A DNA stretch of 64,000 bases from the NCBI GenBank assembly GCA_038063715.1, contig JBBTUO010000007.1:1540-65539 (forward strand), in the 5' to 3' direction. Origin of the DNA: Patescibacteria group bacterium (GTDB lineage Bacteria > Patescibacteriota > Minisyncoccia > Phycocordibacterales > SIBU01). A program made the position numbers and the translations under genes. Position 1 is the stretch's first letter. Every line of letters begins with the position of its first letter. Positions 1-9,994 of this stretch are shown here, piece after piece. The notes beneath the pieces are model-generated. The model did not search any database. It was not told the origin of the DNA and saw only the letters and a program-made list of their open reading frames with translations.

Positions 1-1
1 C

Positions 2-667
2 GAGATTGTTACCGGAACTGTTCAGCGAATGGAACGTGGCAATATTTTTGTCGATATGGGTCGCACCACCGGTATTCTTCCTTTTGAGGAGCAGATTCCG
101 GGCGAACGCTACAAACAAGGCGAGCGTGTTCGTGCATATCTCTATAGAGTGGAAGAAACCCCTCGCGGGATTTTCTTGAAACTTTCCCGTTCACACCCAA
201 AATTCATGGAGGAGCTTTTCAAAATTGAGGCCCCAGAAATTGCCAACAAGACCGTTGAAATCAAAGCTGTGGCTCGCGAAGCCGGCTCTCGCACCAAAGT
301 GGCGGCGGTTTCCCACGATTCTCACATTGATCCTGTCGGTTCTCTTGTCGGTCAGCGAGGTGTTCGTGTTTCAACTGTCATGAGTGAGCTCGGTGGAGAA
401 AAAATCGATATTATTGAATGGTCAGCCGATCAGAAAAAATTTGTTGAGGATGCACTCTCCCCAGCCAAAGTAATTTCTGTTGTTTTGAGAGAAGATGAAC
501 ACAAGGCCGAGGTAACCGTAGCCGAGGACCAGCAATCGCTTGCTATTGGCAAGGGTGGCCAGAATGTCCGACTCGCAGCCAAGCTTACCGGTTGGAAAAT
601 TGATATTAAAAGCGGTGGTGGCGAAATAGTTGCGGAAGTGGCACCAGAAGAAACAGCAAAAAATTAG
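2..667 (+). CDS. nusA: Transcription termination/antitermination factor NusA (5'-truncated by window edge)
   Basis: S1 plus KH motifs AREAGSRTKVAA, VGQRGVRV, LAIGKGGQNVRLAAKLTGWKIDI; frame open from position 2. Confidence 0.97.
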   Translation, partial: EIVTGTVQRMERGNIFVDMGRTTGILPFEEQIPGERYKQGERVRAYLYRVEETPRGIFLKLSRSHPKFMEELFKIEAPEIANKTVEIKAVAREAGSRTKVAAVSHDSHIDPVGSLVGQRGVRVSTVMSELGGEKIDIIEWSADQKKFVEDALSPAKVISVVLREDEHKAEVTVAEDQQSLAIGKGGQNVRLAAKLTGWKIDIKSGGGEIVAEVAPEETAKN

Positions 668-670
668 GCT

Positions 671-703
671 AAATGCCGGCGGGGCCTGGCCCCGCCGGCA
701 TTT
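671..703 (+). terminator. GC-rich hairpin after nusA
   Basis: AAATGCCGGCGGGGCC-T-GGCCCCGCCGGCATTT perfect inverted repeat. Confidence 0.7.
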
Positions 704-761
704 GTTGAAAAATAAGAAGTGCTATATTATCATTTTGTCTATTAGAAATAATAATTAACAT

Positions 762-2756
762 ATGAGTACAGGAATCACTTTCTCTCTAATCTCAGCCTTC
801 GTAGCAATCGTATACGGACTTATTCTAACCAAAATAATTCTTAAAAAAGGCAAGGGTGGAATTCGAATGCAAGAAATCTCTCAAGCAATCGAGATTGGTG
901 CCAAAACATACCTCAATCGCCAGTACAAAACCATAGCACCGATAGCGATTCTATTGTTTATAGTACTTTGGTATCTATTAAATCTAACGACTGCAGTTGG
1001 TTTCCTTGTGGGGGCATTGCTTTCTGCTCTTGCAGGATATGTTGGTATGAATGTTTCTGTACGAGCAAATGTTCGCACCGCTGAGGCCGCCAAAACAAGT
1101 CTAGCCGAAGCTTTGTCTGTCGCGTTTAAGGGTGGATCTGTTACCGGCCTTTTAGTTGTTGGCCTCGCACTCCTAGGTGTTGCCGGTTTTTATGCGGTCA
1201 CTCACGATGTCAAAGCGCTCATCGGCCTTTCCTTCGGTGCCAGCCTTATTTCCGTTTTTGCCAGATTGGGTGGAGGAATATTTACAAAAGCGGCTGATGT
1301 TGGAGCCGACCTTGTCGGTAAAGTTGAAGCCGGTATTCCCGAGGACGACCCAAGAAACCCAGCCGTGATCGCAGACAATGTTGGAGACAATGTTGGTGAC
1401 TGTGCTGGTATGGCCGCCGACCTTTTTGAAACTTATGCTGTCACGACAGTCGCAGCGATGCTTCTTGGCCACTTACTTTTCCCAGATTTTGATGGTGCCC
1501 TTGTTTACCCACTAGTACTCGGTGGTGTTGCAATTGTCGCCTCAATCGTCGGCACATGGTTTGTCCGCCTTGGAAAATCAGGAAACATTATGTCTGCACT
1601 ATATAAAGGACTTGTTGCATCGGGAATTTTGGCCGCAGCAGCATTTTACCCTATCACCACACAGTTAATGGCTGGTAACGGACTCTACACTCCTTTCGCA
1701 ATATTCATTTGTAGTATTGTCGGACTTGTTGTTACCGGACTTCTAGTAATGATTACCGAATATTACACATCAACGGAATATGCTCCTGTAAAATCAATCG
1801 CTAAAGCATCAGAATCCGGACACGGCACAAACGTGATTCAAGGTTTAGCAATTTCGCTCAAATCAACAGCACTCCCTCTTCTTGTGATTGTTGCTTCAAT
1901 TATTGTTTCCTATCACTACGCCGGTCTTTACGGTATTGCAATTGCGGCAGTTTCAATGCTTTCAATGTCCGGTATTATTGTCGCCATTGATGCATACGGT
2001 CCTATTACCGACAACGCTGGAGGTATTGCCGAAATGTCCAATCTTCCTGAAGAGGTTCGCGTAATTACTGATGCTCTTGATGCCGTAGGTAACACCACTA
2101 AAGCAGTGACTAAAGGCTACGCTATCGGATCGGCCGGTTTAGCAGCATTGGTCCTTTTTGCATCGTACACTCAAGAGTTTGCAGAGCTCGGAAAAACTTT
2201 GGTGTTCACACTTGAGGATCCAAGGGTAATTGTTGGACTATTCCTCGGAGGATTACTACCTTATTACTTTGCAGCCCTTTCAATGGAATCGGTTGGCAAG
2301 GCTGCCGGCGCGGTTGTTGAAGAAGTTCGCCGACAGTTCCGAGAAATCAAAGGCATCATGGAAGGTACGGGGAAACCGGATTACGCGCGCTGTGTTGATA
2401 TCGTTACTCAAGCCGCGATCAAGGAGATGATTTTGCCAGCGTTGATTCCGGTTGTTGCACCGATTCTCGTTGGATTTATTTTAGGACCGGAAGCACTCGG
2501 AGGACTTCTTGTGGGAAGTATTGTCACCGGGCTCTTCGTCGCTATTTCAATGACCTCGGGCGGTGGAGCATGGGACAATGCAAAAAAGTATATTGAAAAG
2601 GGTAATCATGGTGGCAAGGGTGGAGCTGCACACAAAGCGGCGGTCACAGGAGATACTGTTGGCGACCCTTACAAAGATACAGCTGGTCCTGCCATAAACC
2701 CAATGATTAAAATATTAAACATTGTGGCGTTACTTATGGTGAGTCTGCTAGTTTAA
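762..2756 (+). CDS. hppA: Membrane-bound ion-translocating pyrophosphatase, probably K+-independent H+-PPase
   Basis: [51 protein letters not shown]; Lys in GNTTKA is the K+-independence determinant. Confidence 0.96.
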   Translation: MSTGITFSLISAFVAIVYGLILTKIILKKGKGGIRMQEISQAIEIGAKTYLNRQYKTIAPIAILLFIVLWYLLNLTTAVGFLVGALLSALAGYVGMNVSVRANVRTAEAAKTSLAEALSVAFKGGSVTGLLVVGLALLGVAGFYAVTHDVKALIGLSFGASLISVFARLGGGIFTKAADVGADLVGKVEAGIPEDDPRNPAVIADNVGDNVGDCAGMAADLFETYAVTTVAAMLLGHLLFPDFDGALVYPLVLGGVAIVASIVGTWFVRLGKSGNIMSALYKGLVASGILAAAAFYPITTQLMAGNGLYTPFAIFICSIVGLVVTGLLVMITEYYTSTEYAPVKSIAKASESGHGTNVIQGLAISLKSTALPLLVIVASIIVSYHYAGLYGIAIAAVSMLSMSGIIVAIDAYGPITDNAGGIAEMSNLPEEVRVITDALDAVGNTTKAVTKGYAIGSAGLAALVLFASYTQEFAELGKTLVFTLEDPRVIVGLFLGGLLPYYFAALSMESVGKAAGAVVEEVRRQFREIKGIMEGTGKPDYARCVDIVTQAAIKEMILPALIPVVAPILVGFILGPEALGGLLVGSIVTGLFVAISMTSGGGAWDNAKKYIEKGNHGGKGGAAHKAAVTGDTVGDPYKDTAGPAINPMIKILNIVALLMVSLLV

Positions 2757-2767
2757 AATACCGATAC

Positions 2768-2800
2768 GAAAACCCCCACGCCGTAGGCGTGGGGGTTTTC
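2768..2800 (+). terminator. Intrinsic terminator after hppA
   Basis: GAAAACCCCCACGCC-GTA-GGCGTGGGGGTTTTC. Confidence 0.8.
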
Positions 2801-2851
2801 CTTTACTAAAACTTCCTCTAGAGTATAATTAAAATTATAATAATCTCTATC

Positions 2852-3226
2852 ATGAATCCTAACGAAGAAAAATTAATCACCGGAACAGAATCGGAAACAC
2901 TGCTTCCTCCCAATAACTCCTCCACAAAAAGCGCAAAAGAATTTATGGCTACCACACCAGCCCACGAACTAGGAAATGTTTTTGGAGCGACTCCAGGCTC
3001 TCAGGTCTGGAAGCCAGAGGCAGCGACCGTAGCCCCGAAAACATGGTCAGCTCCGGAAAAAGAGACTACAAAATTTGTGCCTGTAAAACCTTTAACCGTT
3101 ATGCCGGCATCCGAACCTGCCAATAAGCCAAAAAGGTCAATTCTCAAAATAATCCGAAACATTTTCTTTACTGTACTCATCATTCTTGTCGGTCTATATA
3201 TTTGGGGAGCAATACTTGCGCGCTAG
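2852..3226 (+). CDS. Hypothetical protein, Pro/Thr-rich with C-terminal TM helix
   Basis: ORF ending in hydrophobic IFFTVLIILVGLYIWGAIL; TATAAT upstream. Confidence 0.75.
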   Translation: MNPNEEKLITGTESETLLPPNNSSTKSAKEFMATTPAHELGNVFGATPGSQVWKPEAATVAPKTWSAPEKETTKFVPVKPLTVMPASEPANKPKRSILKIIRNIFFTVLIILVGLYIWGAILAR

Positions 3227-3275
3227 CGTAATATCACTATACTAGTGCATGCATTAGTATAATTTTTATATTGGT

Positions 3276-4322
3276 ATGTCTAACCACAAAATAATAAGTG
3301 AGAAAAATTTGCCCGAATCGGAAGTTCAGTTTGATATTGAGATAGACCACCAGACTCTCGCAAAACACCGCACGTCTGGATTAAAAAGGCTTGCTTCAAC
3401 TGTATCGGTGCCAGGCTTTCGTGTTGGCCATGTACCAGAAAATATCGTAGTTCAAAAAGTTGGCGAGCAGGCAATTCTAAAAGAGGCAGCGTACGATGCT
3501 ATTGAAGAAGTGTTACCAGAAATAATAAAAGAGAAAAAAATTTCATCTGTAGGCGAACCCCAGATCTCGATCACTAAACTTGCAACTGGAAATCCTCTCG
3601 TCTTTACATTAGTGCTGTCACTATTTCCAGAAATTAATCTACCTGATTACAAAAAAATCGCGGGCACAGAAAACGCTAAAAAATTAGATGTAGGTGAAGT
3701 CTCTGAAAAAGAAGTAAACGATTTCATTGAAACAGTGCGTAAAAGCTTTGCACACAGCGTAGCGCCGAAGCATGAAGAAACGAAAGAACCTCATGAACAC
3801 CCTCTACCAGAACTGAACGACGAGTTTGTGAAGAAACTTGGTAACTTTAAGGATGTAGCCGATTTTAAAACAAAAATAAAAGAAAACCTCGGGCACGAAA
3901 AAACCCAAAAGGCCAAGGACAAGAAACGCCTCACCCTAGTCGAGGGCATCTTGGATAAAACCAAAATTACTGTACCAAAAGCGCTGATTGAAAATGAGCT
4001 AGTAAAAATGTTGGCACGGTTTCATGATGATGTAACGCGCATGGGAATGACCATGCCGGATTACTTGAAACAGATCAAAAAAACTGAGGATGACTTGAGG
4101 AAGGACTGGCGCAAAGATGCCGAGAAGCATGCCAAGCTTCAGCTCGTTCTAAGCTCAATCGCCGATAAAGAAAAAATTGAGGCTCCGGAAAACGAGGTAG
4201 GGCAGGAGGTGAAACACCTTACCGACGAACACAAAAATGTTGATCCTGTCCGTGCACGCGCCTACGTCACAATGATGCTCATCAACGAAAAAGTATTCGC
4301 ATTTCTGGAAGACCAGAAATAA
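3276..4322 (+). CDS. tig: Trigger factor, apparently lacking the FKBP PPIase domain
   Basis: Ribosome-binding signature VPGFRVGHVP; LPELNDEF; SurA-like C-terminus; only 348 aa. Confidence 0.93.
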   Translation: MSNHKIISEKNLPESEVQFDIEIDHQTLAKHRTSGLKRLASTVSVPGFRVGHVPENIVVQKVGEQAILKEAAYDAIEEVLPEIIKEKKISSVGEPQISITKLATGNPLVFTLVLSLFPEINLPDYKKIAGTENAKKLDVGEVSEKEVNDFIETVRKSFAHSVAPKHEETKEPHEHPLPELNDEFVKKLGNFKDVADFKTKIKENLGHEKTQKAKDKKRLTLVEGILDKTKITVPKALIENELVKMLARFHDDVTRMGMTMPDYLKQIKKTEDDLRKDWRKDAEKHAKLQLVLSSIADKEKIEAPENEVGQEVKHLTDEHKNVDPVRARAYVTMMLINEKVFAFLEDQK

Positions 4323-4426
4323 ATAACTAATACCTAATTTCTAATTACCAAATGATGGGTTACCGAGAATCTAATTTGTGGCTTTAAGAATTATTTTAGA
4401 AATTGGAACTTAGAAATTAGAAATTA
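4323..4426. repeat. 7-bp-period inverted repeat element (TTTCTAA left arm, TTAGAAA right arm)
   Basis: CTAATACCTAATTTCTAATTACCAAA ... TTTAGAAATTGGAACTTAGAAATTAGAAATT. Confidence 0.8.
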
Positions 4427-4462
4427 AGGGCGCCGGCAGAGACAATACTGCCGGCGCCCTTC
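4426..4462 (+). terminator. Hairpin after tig
   Basis: AAGGGCGCCGGCAG-N8-CTGCCGGCGCCCTT. Confidence 0.65.
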
Positions 4463-4559
4463 TCGCTTGCCTAAACCAGGAAGCGGGTGTAGTGTTGTTT
4501 TCAGATCAAATCTTGGTGCGTTTGCCAAGGTTTAAACGCAACCAAACGTTGCACTGTAT

Positions 4560-4922
4560 ATGACAAGACTACTAATCTTCCTCATTGACGGACAAACTGG
4601 CGGAGTTGAAGTGGAGTTTGGGCCAGTAAAGGAGATGCGGAAAATGCTCCGAGCCCATCGAACCACAAAGGGCAACAATGCAATCGTGCACGAAGTCCGA
4701 GGCCCAGATATAAATATCAAAGCCCTAGATGTCCTTTGGACACTCCAACATGACCACCTGGAAGGGCGAGGCGAAAAGCCCGGAGGCCTGCAAAATCTGA
4801 TTCTGGACGTCTTCCTTCTTGGCGCCGAAAAAGGCGGAGAAATGCGGGCCGCCCTAAAAACTTCCACACTTCGTGTCGCAGGTGCCAGGATCCCGGGCTG
4901 GCGACGCAGGATTCCACGCTAA
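4560..4922 (+). CDS. Hypothetical protein (stand-alone)
   Basis: 120-aa ORF followed by terminator GCCCCGCTC-ACCC-GAGCCGGGGC-TTTTCTTTT at about 4940-4972. Confidence 0.6.
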   Translation: MTRLLIFLIDGQTGGVEVEFGPVKEMRKMLRAHRTTKGNNAIVHEVRGPDINIKALDVLWTLQHDHLEGRGEKPGGLQNLILDVFLLGAEKGGEMRAALKTSTLRVAGARIPGWRRRIPR

Positions 4923-4998
4923 CCAATAGTTCCTACACTCGCCCCGCTCACCCGAGCCGGGGCTTTTCTTTTGTCCTCATAACCCTATTTTCTCTGTC

Positions 4999-5034
4999 TA
5001 CATAAATATTACGCTATAGCGTAATATTTATGTA
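4999..5034. repeat. Perfect 36-bp palindrome, type 1 (orphan copy)
   Basis: TACATAAATATTACGCTA|TAGCGTAATATTTATGTA. Confidence 0.95.
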
Positions 5035-5122
5035 TCTCCCTTTTTAAAAGGGCTGAATTGCAAGAAAATAAAATTAACATTCCGTCCATCAATCACATTG
5101 GTTAGTCTTTTCTTTCAAAACT

Positions 5123-5878
5123 CTAAGATTTCGGACACATGTCCCACATGTAATGAAACCATGTACGAAACGAGTCGGCCAAATTTTTATTTACAATAAC
5201 CGTAAATGTAATCTCTTCATCCGTTCCGATTTTTCCAATATATAAATGATGCAAAATATTTACGTGATCACCAAATATATCAACGCCTGAAGTGGTGGCA
5301 TATTTCTTCGGCAGAAATTTATAATGCTTTCCCACAGACCCGATAATCGGGTGTTTACTTTCTTTCACATCGTAATCAAACAAGTGGTGCATCTCAATTT
5401 TCCTACGCTTCATTTGTTCAAGAAACCCAGGGACAAATGATTTTACCCGATCATCTAGCCATGCTCCTTGTGCGGCAATAGAATAAAAAGGTTCACCGGT
5501 TTTTATAATATCTCTCATGTACTGCTTCCAACCCTCCTTCCCTTTGTATGTGCGCACTTGGTATTCCTCCGGCCGAGAAAAGTGTAATTTTTGCAATTCA
5601 GGCATCGCTGTGTCGAGCGCTTCAAATTTTTCCGCCAGCACCTCCGAGAGTTTTGTTGGCTCAACCGCCTGATACTTGTTTTCAAAAGACTCGACTATTT
5701 CAATGGCCAAGCCTTTTTCCATCAAGCGCTGTAAAGAATCGTACACATTCCTTCTGTGTACACCGGATTTTTTAGAAATGATCCCAACCCCCTGTTCCCC
5801 CATTTCAAGTAGGGTTTCGTATATTTTGGCCTCATTTTTAGCCAATCCTAGGCTCTGAAACAACTCTGTGTATTTCAT
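5123..5878 (-). CDS. TrmB-family transcriptional regulator
   Basis: LGLAKNEAKIYETLL...VHRRNVYDSLQRLMEKGL wHTH; YKGKEG; C-terminal IFGDHV...FHYMW effector domain. Confidence 0.88.
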   Translation of the reverse strand: MKYTELFQSLGLAKNEAKIYETLLEMGEQGVGIISKKSGVHRRNVYDSLQRLMEKGLAIEIVESFENKYQAVEPTKLSEVLAEKFEALDTAMPELQKLHFSRPEEYQVRTYKGKEGWKQYMRDIIKTGEPFYSIAAQGAWLDDRVKSFVPGFLEQMKRRKIEMHHLFDYDVKESKHPIIGSVGKHYKFLPKKYATTSGVDIFGDHVNILHHLYIGKIGTDEEITFTVIVNKNLADSFRTWFHYMWDMCPKS

Positions 5879-6009
5879 ATATACCCACTATATACCGTCC
5901 TTTTGTTTTTGTAAAGGTGGTAACTCCCACTCGTGAGTGATATTTGCCACTCTTAAATAAAGGTATAGAGTGCCTTTCAGACAGAAACAATAAAAGAGAA
6001 AGTAGTCCT

Positions 6010-6543
6010 ATGAAACGAAATGATAATGAATTCAGCTTGTTCCTTGATAACGCGATATTCGCCAAGTATACCCGGAATAACACCTTTGCTAGAAAAATAG
6101 AGTGTGATCAGGCCAATGTGAGCCGCTGGCGGAGAGGTCTTCTTTTTCCACCAATTGTAAAACTCCCTATCATCGCAAAGGTGCTCAAAATTAGCCTCAA
6201 AGAACTCACACGCTTGTGGAAAACGCAAAAATATCCTGGATCAGCCACTGCTCATGAAAAAGTATCTGGATCATGTAAAGTGAAAGCTCGCTTGCTTCTT
6301 CACTTCTACGATGGGGAAAAGTTTCTGGGCCAAACGTTTCCAGAAGTCGAGGTGGCAAGTTGGGACGACCTGCAACAAGTGGTGATTGAAACCTACCCAG
6401 GCACAAAACGGAACCTTGATGGTATTCCGACCAAATTCTCGGGTGTTCCGATCTTGCTTCAACTACCCTCGTTGCGTGAAGGCTACGGCCCCAACACGAC
6501 CGTTCGAGTAATGCAGGTAATTCCAATGTCAAACCAAAACTGA
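6010..6543 (+). CDS. XRE-like HTH domain protein
   Basis: FARKIECDQANVSRWRRGLLFP...LPIIAKVLKIS; divergent from the TrmB gene; ATG at 6010 chosen. Confidence 0.7.
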   Translation: MKRNDNEFSLFLDNAIFAKYTRNNTFARKIECDQANVSRWRRGLLFPPIVKLPIIAKVLKISLKELTRLWKTQKYPGSATAHEKVSGSCKVKARLLLHFYDGEKFLGQTFPEVEVASWDDLQQVVIETYPGTKRNLDGIPTKFSGVPILLQLPSLREGYGPNTTVRVMQVIPMSNQN

Positions 6544-6551
6544 AAAACCGT

Positions 6552-6827
6552 ATGAAATTTATAAAAGAATACGCTTGCTTTGTTCTCATGGTGTTTCTAG
6601 CGGGTCGGTCATTGTATAAAGCGTTGTTACCTTCTGCTTTGATAAATCAGGAAGGTTTAGGTAGTCAGGCACTCTGGTTTGCAACCGCTCTCGCATGCTC
6701 CCTCACCGCGATATTCTGCGCCTTCACAAGTGCGCTATACAAAGTTATCGATGATGAAAAGAAAGAGCGCGCGCAAAATGCAGGAAACAATGCACCCTCG
6801 CGTCAGAAATCGAACATGCGCGAATAA
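6552..6827 (+). CDS. Small two-TM membrane protein
   Basis: Two hydrophobic segments; 8 nt after the previous stop. Confidence 0.6.
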   Translation: MKFIKEYACFVLMVFLAGRSLYKALLPSALINQEGLGSQALWFATALACSLTAIFCAFTSALYKVIDDEKKERAQNAGNNAPSRQKSNMRE

Positions 6828-6964
6828 GGTAAAAGTAAAACTAACAATAGGCGACCAGCAATGGCCGCCTTTTCTTTTATGCCGACAGAATGTACATCCC
6901 CCACTACACTCTATCTCCTGTTCCCTGTTCCTACCCCCTATCCACAGACCTCTATTTTCCTACA

Positions 6965-7000
6965 TACATAAATCTTACGCTATAGCGTATAATTTATGTA
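6965..7000. promoter_or_regulatory. 36-bp palindrome type 1 overlapping the -10 box (TATAAT 6988-6993) and the ATG of the PaaX/Cas2-like gene
   Basis: TACATAAATCTTACGCTA|TAGCGTATAATTTATGTA; last base is the A of ATG 7000. Confidence 0.9.
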
Positions 7001-7566
7001 TGGGAAAAATTGAAGAAGAATATCGCAAAAGACGCCGTAATGCCGAGATTCAGAAAGTTGTTCTTGGAACAATTGCGGTAGCGGGTGGTTTGAGCGTTTC
7101 CCTGCTGGCGCCGAATGCTCTGCAAGCATTAAAGATGCTTGGATTCAAAACAACTCGGCGAATTGAGTCAATAAAAGAAGCAAAAACGCGTCTGATCAGA
7201 GCTGGATTAATTTCTTACAACGGCAATGTTCTTTCACTGACGGCGAAAGGTGAAACAAAATTGTCCCTGCTGGAGCTAAATGAATATAAAATAAAAAAAC
7301 CGAAACGGTGGGACAAAAAATGGCGAGTTTTAATTTTTGATATCAGTGAGAGCAGAAAAACTTTGCGGGATAAGGTCAGAAGGACATTAATCGCCGTAGG
7401 TTTTATTCGACTTCAAGATAGCGTCTGGGTTTATCCCTATGACTGCGAAGATTTAATTGCTCTACTAAAGACTGATTTCAAAATCGGCAAGGAGTTGTTG
7501 TATATGATTGTCGACAGCATAGAAAACGACGAAATAATCAAAGAACAATTCGGCAGTATAAGTTAA
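7000..7566 (+). CDS. wHTH + Cas2-like (PaaX middle domain) protein, paralog 1
   Basis: LSLTAKGE wing; WDKKWRVLIFDISE...LRDKVRRTL...GFIRLQDSVWV; leaderless ATG at 7000. Confidence 0.88.
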   Translation: MGKIEEEYRKRRRNAEIQKVVLGTIAVAGGLSVSLLAPNALQALKMLGFKTTRRIESIKEAKTRLIRAGLISYNGNVLSLTAKGETKLSLLELNEYKIKKPKRWDKKWRVLIFDISESRKTLRDKVRRTLIAVGFIRLQDSVWVYPYDCEDLIALLKTDFKIGKELLYMIVDSIENDEIIKEQFGSIS

Positions 7567-7586
7567 TATGAAAGCATCAAAAACCA

Positions 7587-7628
7587 ATATACAGAAATTA
7601 TACGCTATAGCGTATAATTTCTGTATAT
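7587..7628. repeat. Perfect 42-bp palindrome (36-bp type 1 core at 7590-7625) downstream of paralog 1
   Basis: ATATACAGAAATTATACGCTA|TAGCGTATAATTTCTGTATAT. Confidence 0.95.
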
Positions 7629-7687
7629 AATGTGTGGATGGATGCGGGCCTAAATTAAGCAGAACGCCTCCAATACAGTTTGAACTT

Positions 7688-8383
7688 TTACAATAAGAGG
7701 AGTGAGGCGACGGCGACTGCGGCGGTTTCGGCGCGGAGGATTTGAGTGCCGAGTGATAGGATTGGAATATTTTTTTCGCGAAACATTGCGAGCTCTTGGT
7801 CGGTGAAACCACCTTCTGGGCCGATGAATATGACGAGAGATTCATGATTTAGGATTTTAGATTCATGAAAGGAGGTGCCAGAGGGATCGAATGCAACTGC
7901 TGGAGCGGGTAGATCCGATAACGCTTTTTCTAGTGAAACCGGCTCAGAAAGTGTCGGTGCGATTCCCCTACCCGACTGTTCAGAAGATTCACGGACAATT
8001 TTTCCGGCACGAATAACATTAAACTTTTTCAAAATAGTTCTTTGAGTGGTCATCGGGCAAAAATGTGAAACGCCCAGCTCAGTCCCCTTTTCCAGAATCC
8101 ACTCAAATTTATCTGGCTTGATCAGCGACTGAAACAAAAAGATTTCTGACTTCGGTGCAAACATATTCTTTCTTTTTTCGAGAATCACTAGCTCCGCTTT
8201 TAAATAAGTAAGCTCGGTAAATTGCGCGGTGTATTCAAAACCGGAATTATCAAAAAGAATAACCGAACTTCCGGTGTTAAGCCGAAGGACATGTCGCCAC
8301 TGACTGAGCAAATCCGACCCCTCGATTGTGATGTGGTGCTGATCACCAATTGTCTGTTCTATAAAAAAATTGTGAAGTCGCAT
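7688..8383 (-). CDS. rsmE: 16S rRNA m3U1498 methyltransferase RsmE
   Basis: HVLRL, EKGTELGV, EQSGR, IFIGPEGGF, LGTQILRAETA. Confidence 0.96.
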   Translation of the reverse strand: MRLHNFFIEQTIGDQHHITIEGSDLLSQWRHVLRLNTGSSVILFDNSGFEYTAQFTELTYLKAELVILEKRKNMFAPKSEIFLFQSLIKPDKFEWILEKGTELGVSHFCPMTTQRTILKKFNVIRAGKIVRESSEQSGRGIAPTLSEPVSLEKALSDLPAPAVAFDPSGTSFHESKILNHESLVIFIGPEGGFTDQELAMFREKNIPILSLGTQILRAETAAVAVASLLLL

Positions 8384-8476
8384 AATCAAGAGTATATAGT
8401 ATTTTGTATATAGTATGAAGTATTGATAAAAAGAAAAGCCCGACACAGAAGTGCGGGCCTACTAGAAAACTAAACA

Positions 8477-8944
8477 TTAGGACTCCCAACGAAGAACGGC
8501 TTGAATCCGGACACCTCGCTCATCTTCAGCCGCTTGGTCAGTTATTCCCCTCAATTCCAAGGGCATCCAGTTCTCGTCAAACTTTGGTTGCCCGTCATTG
8601 ATGAGTGTGTTGATAGTGAAGAGCAAGGTGGCCACAGCAACTTTTTGCAAAAGAGTCTTACCGGAATCTGCTGAACTCAAGAAGATTGCTGACCACGCGT
8701 TGGTGCCGTGGGTAACAATTGTGGCATCCCGATATTCCCACGCATCAAAATTCTTCCCAAACACACAAATGCGACCGAGAGTCTCGGGGGACATTAAAGC
8801 AACCGCTTGCTTCACATCCAGCATAAAGATCTGCCGAACCACATCTGATGTAATACCCTTGGATTTTCTCTTCTCGAGATAATGTTGGAGACGACGCTTG
8901 CCAACAATATTCGTAGCAAGGTCAACAATATACGATTTTTTCAT
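8477..8944 (-). CDS. Hypothetical protein (stand-alone, long structured leader)
   Basis: 155-aa ORF with AAAGGA RBS; hairpin plus T-tract downstream at about 8428-8458. Confidence 0.65.
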   Translation of the reverse strand: MKKSYIVDLATNIVGKRRLQHYLEKRKSKGITSDVVRQIFMLDVKQAVALMSPETLGRICVFGKNFDAWEYRDATIVTHGTNAWSAIFLSSADSGKTLLQKVAVATLLFTINTLINDGQPKFDENWMPLELRGITDQAAEDERGVRIQAVLRWES

Positions 8945-9185
8945 TTTTATATCCTTTCAGATATTTCCCGCCACCTTTAGTGGATCGTGCAACCGAGTAA
9001 ATTCGGAAGCGTATCGATGTGAACCCGAAACAGGCTCACTGACGGCCCGGCAAGCTTTCGCAATGACGATAATGACATTGTACATAAAAAACCATGTTTG
9101 TCAAGTATAATAACTGTTACGCTCTCTGTTATACTGATTTATATCCCATTCATAATTCATTATTTCTAATTCATAATTCAACCCC

Positions 9186-9767
9186 ATGTTAATTCCCACC
9201 GTTATCGAAAAGTCACAATTTGGCGAACGCGCGTATGATATTTACTCGCGATTGTTGCGTGAAAATATTATTTTCCTCGGCGGGCCAATTGATGATCATG
9301 CCGCAAACCTTATCATTGCCCAACTTCTCTTCTTGCAATCTGAAGACCCGAAAAAAGATATTTCACTCTATGTAAACTCTCCTGGTGGATCGGTCACGGC
9401 CACGCTCGCAATTGTGGACACCATGAACTATGTTAAAAATGATGTTTCAACTGTCTGTGTTGGAATCGCCGCTTCCGGCGGGGCAATAATTCTTTCATCG
9501 GGGCAAAAAGGTAAGCGCTATGCCCTACCCAACGCCGAAGTTATGATTCACCAACCACTAGGAGGTGTTGAAGGTCAGGCCACCGACATCGCCATCACCG
9601 CCAAGCAAATTTTGAAAACCCGGGAAAACTTAAACAAAATGCTCGCTAAGAACAGCGGAAAATCAATAACGCAGATTGAAAAGGACGTAGAGCGTGATTT
9701 CTACATGGATGCGGAACAGGCAAAGAAGTACGGAATAATAGACGAAATCCTAAAAGAGCCTGCGTAA
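9186..9767 (+). CDS. clpP: ATP-dependent Clp protease proteolytic subunit
   Basis: [31 protein letters not shown] catalytic triad. Confidence 0.98.
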   Translation: MLIPTVIEKSQFGERAYDIYSRLLRENIIFLGGPIDDHAANLIIAQLLFLQSEDPKKDISLYVNSPGGSVTATLAIVDTMNYVKNDVSTVCVGIAASGGAIILSSGQKGKRYALPNAEVMIHQPLGGVEGQATDIAITAKQILKTRENLNKMLAKNSGKSITQIEKDVERDFYMDAEQAKKYGIIDEILKEPA

Positions 9768-9778
9768 AAGGCTGATTT

Positions 9779-9815
9779 AAAGCCCCCGCTCCGCCCTTAG
9801 CGGAGCGGGGCTTTA
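9779..9815 (+). terminator. Terminator after clpP
   Basis: AAAGCCCCCGCTCCGC-CCTTA-GCGGAGCGGGGCTTT. Confidence 0.75.
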
Positions 9816-9994
9816 CTTTTGATTGATTTACCCGTAACATGAGAACATTAACAATTGTTTAATATGATCTTGCTTTTCACTTTTACAGCTAGTGTTTTCT
9901 TCTTTCAAATCCTTCAGGGAAATCTTATGTTGCTCCAAAAACTAGAAATCGTTAGTCTTAGAGTAAAAGTATAAAAACAAGGTCTTTAAAGACC

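Noticed and set aside
3224-3241. Seventh type 1 palindrome (TAGCGTAATAT...)
   Set aside because: Only an 11-nt half-site overlapping a stop codon; the other arm does not match.
6679-6999. N-terminal extensions in the ORF track (also rsmE 8384-8446, HU 12821-12895, 16617-16667, 61029-61118)
   Set aside because: The extensions run through promoters, palindromes or repeats; the downstream ATGs fit the family starts and -10 spacing.
4999-7628. CRISPR-Cas locus (Cas2-like gene plus 36-bp repeats)
   Set aside because: The repeats are full palindromes separated by 0.6-1.9 kb, not by 30-40-bp spacers, and there is no cas1 or effector gene.
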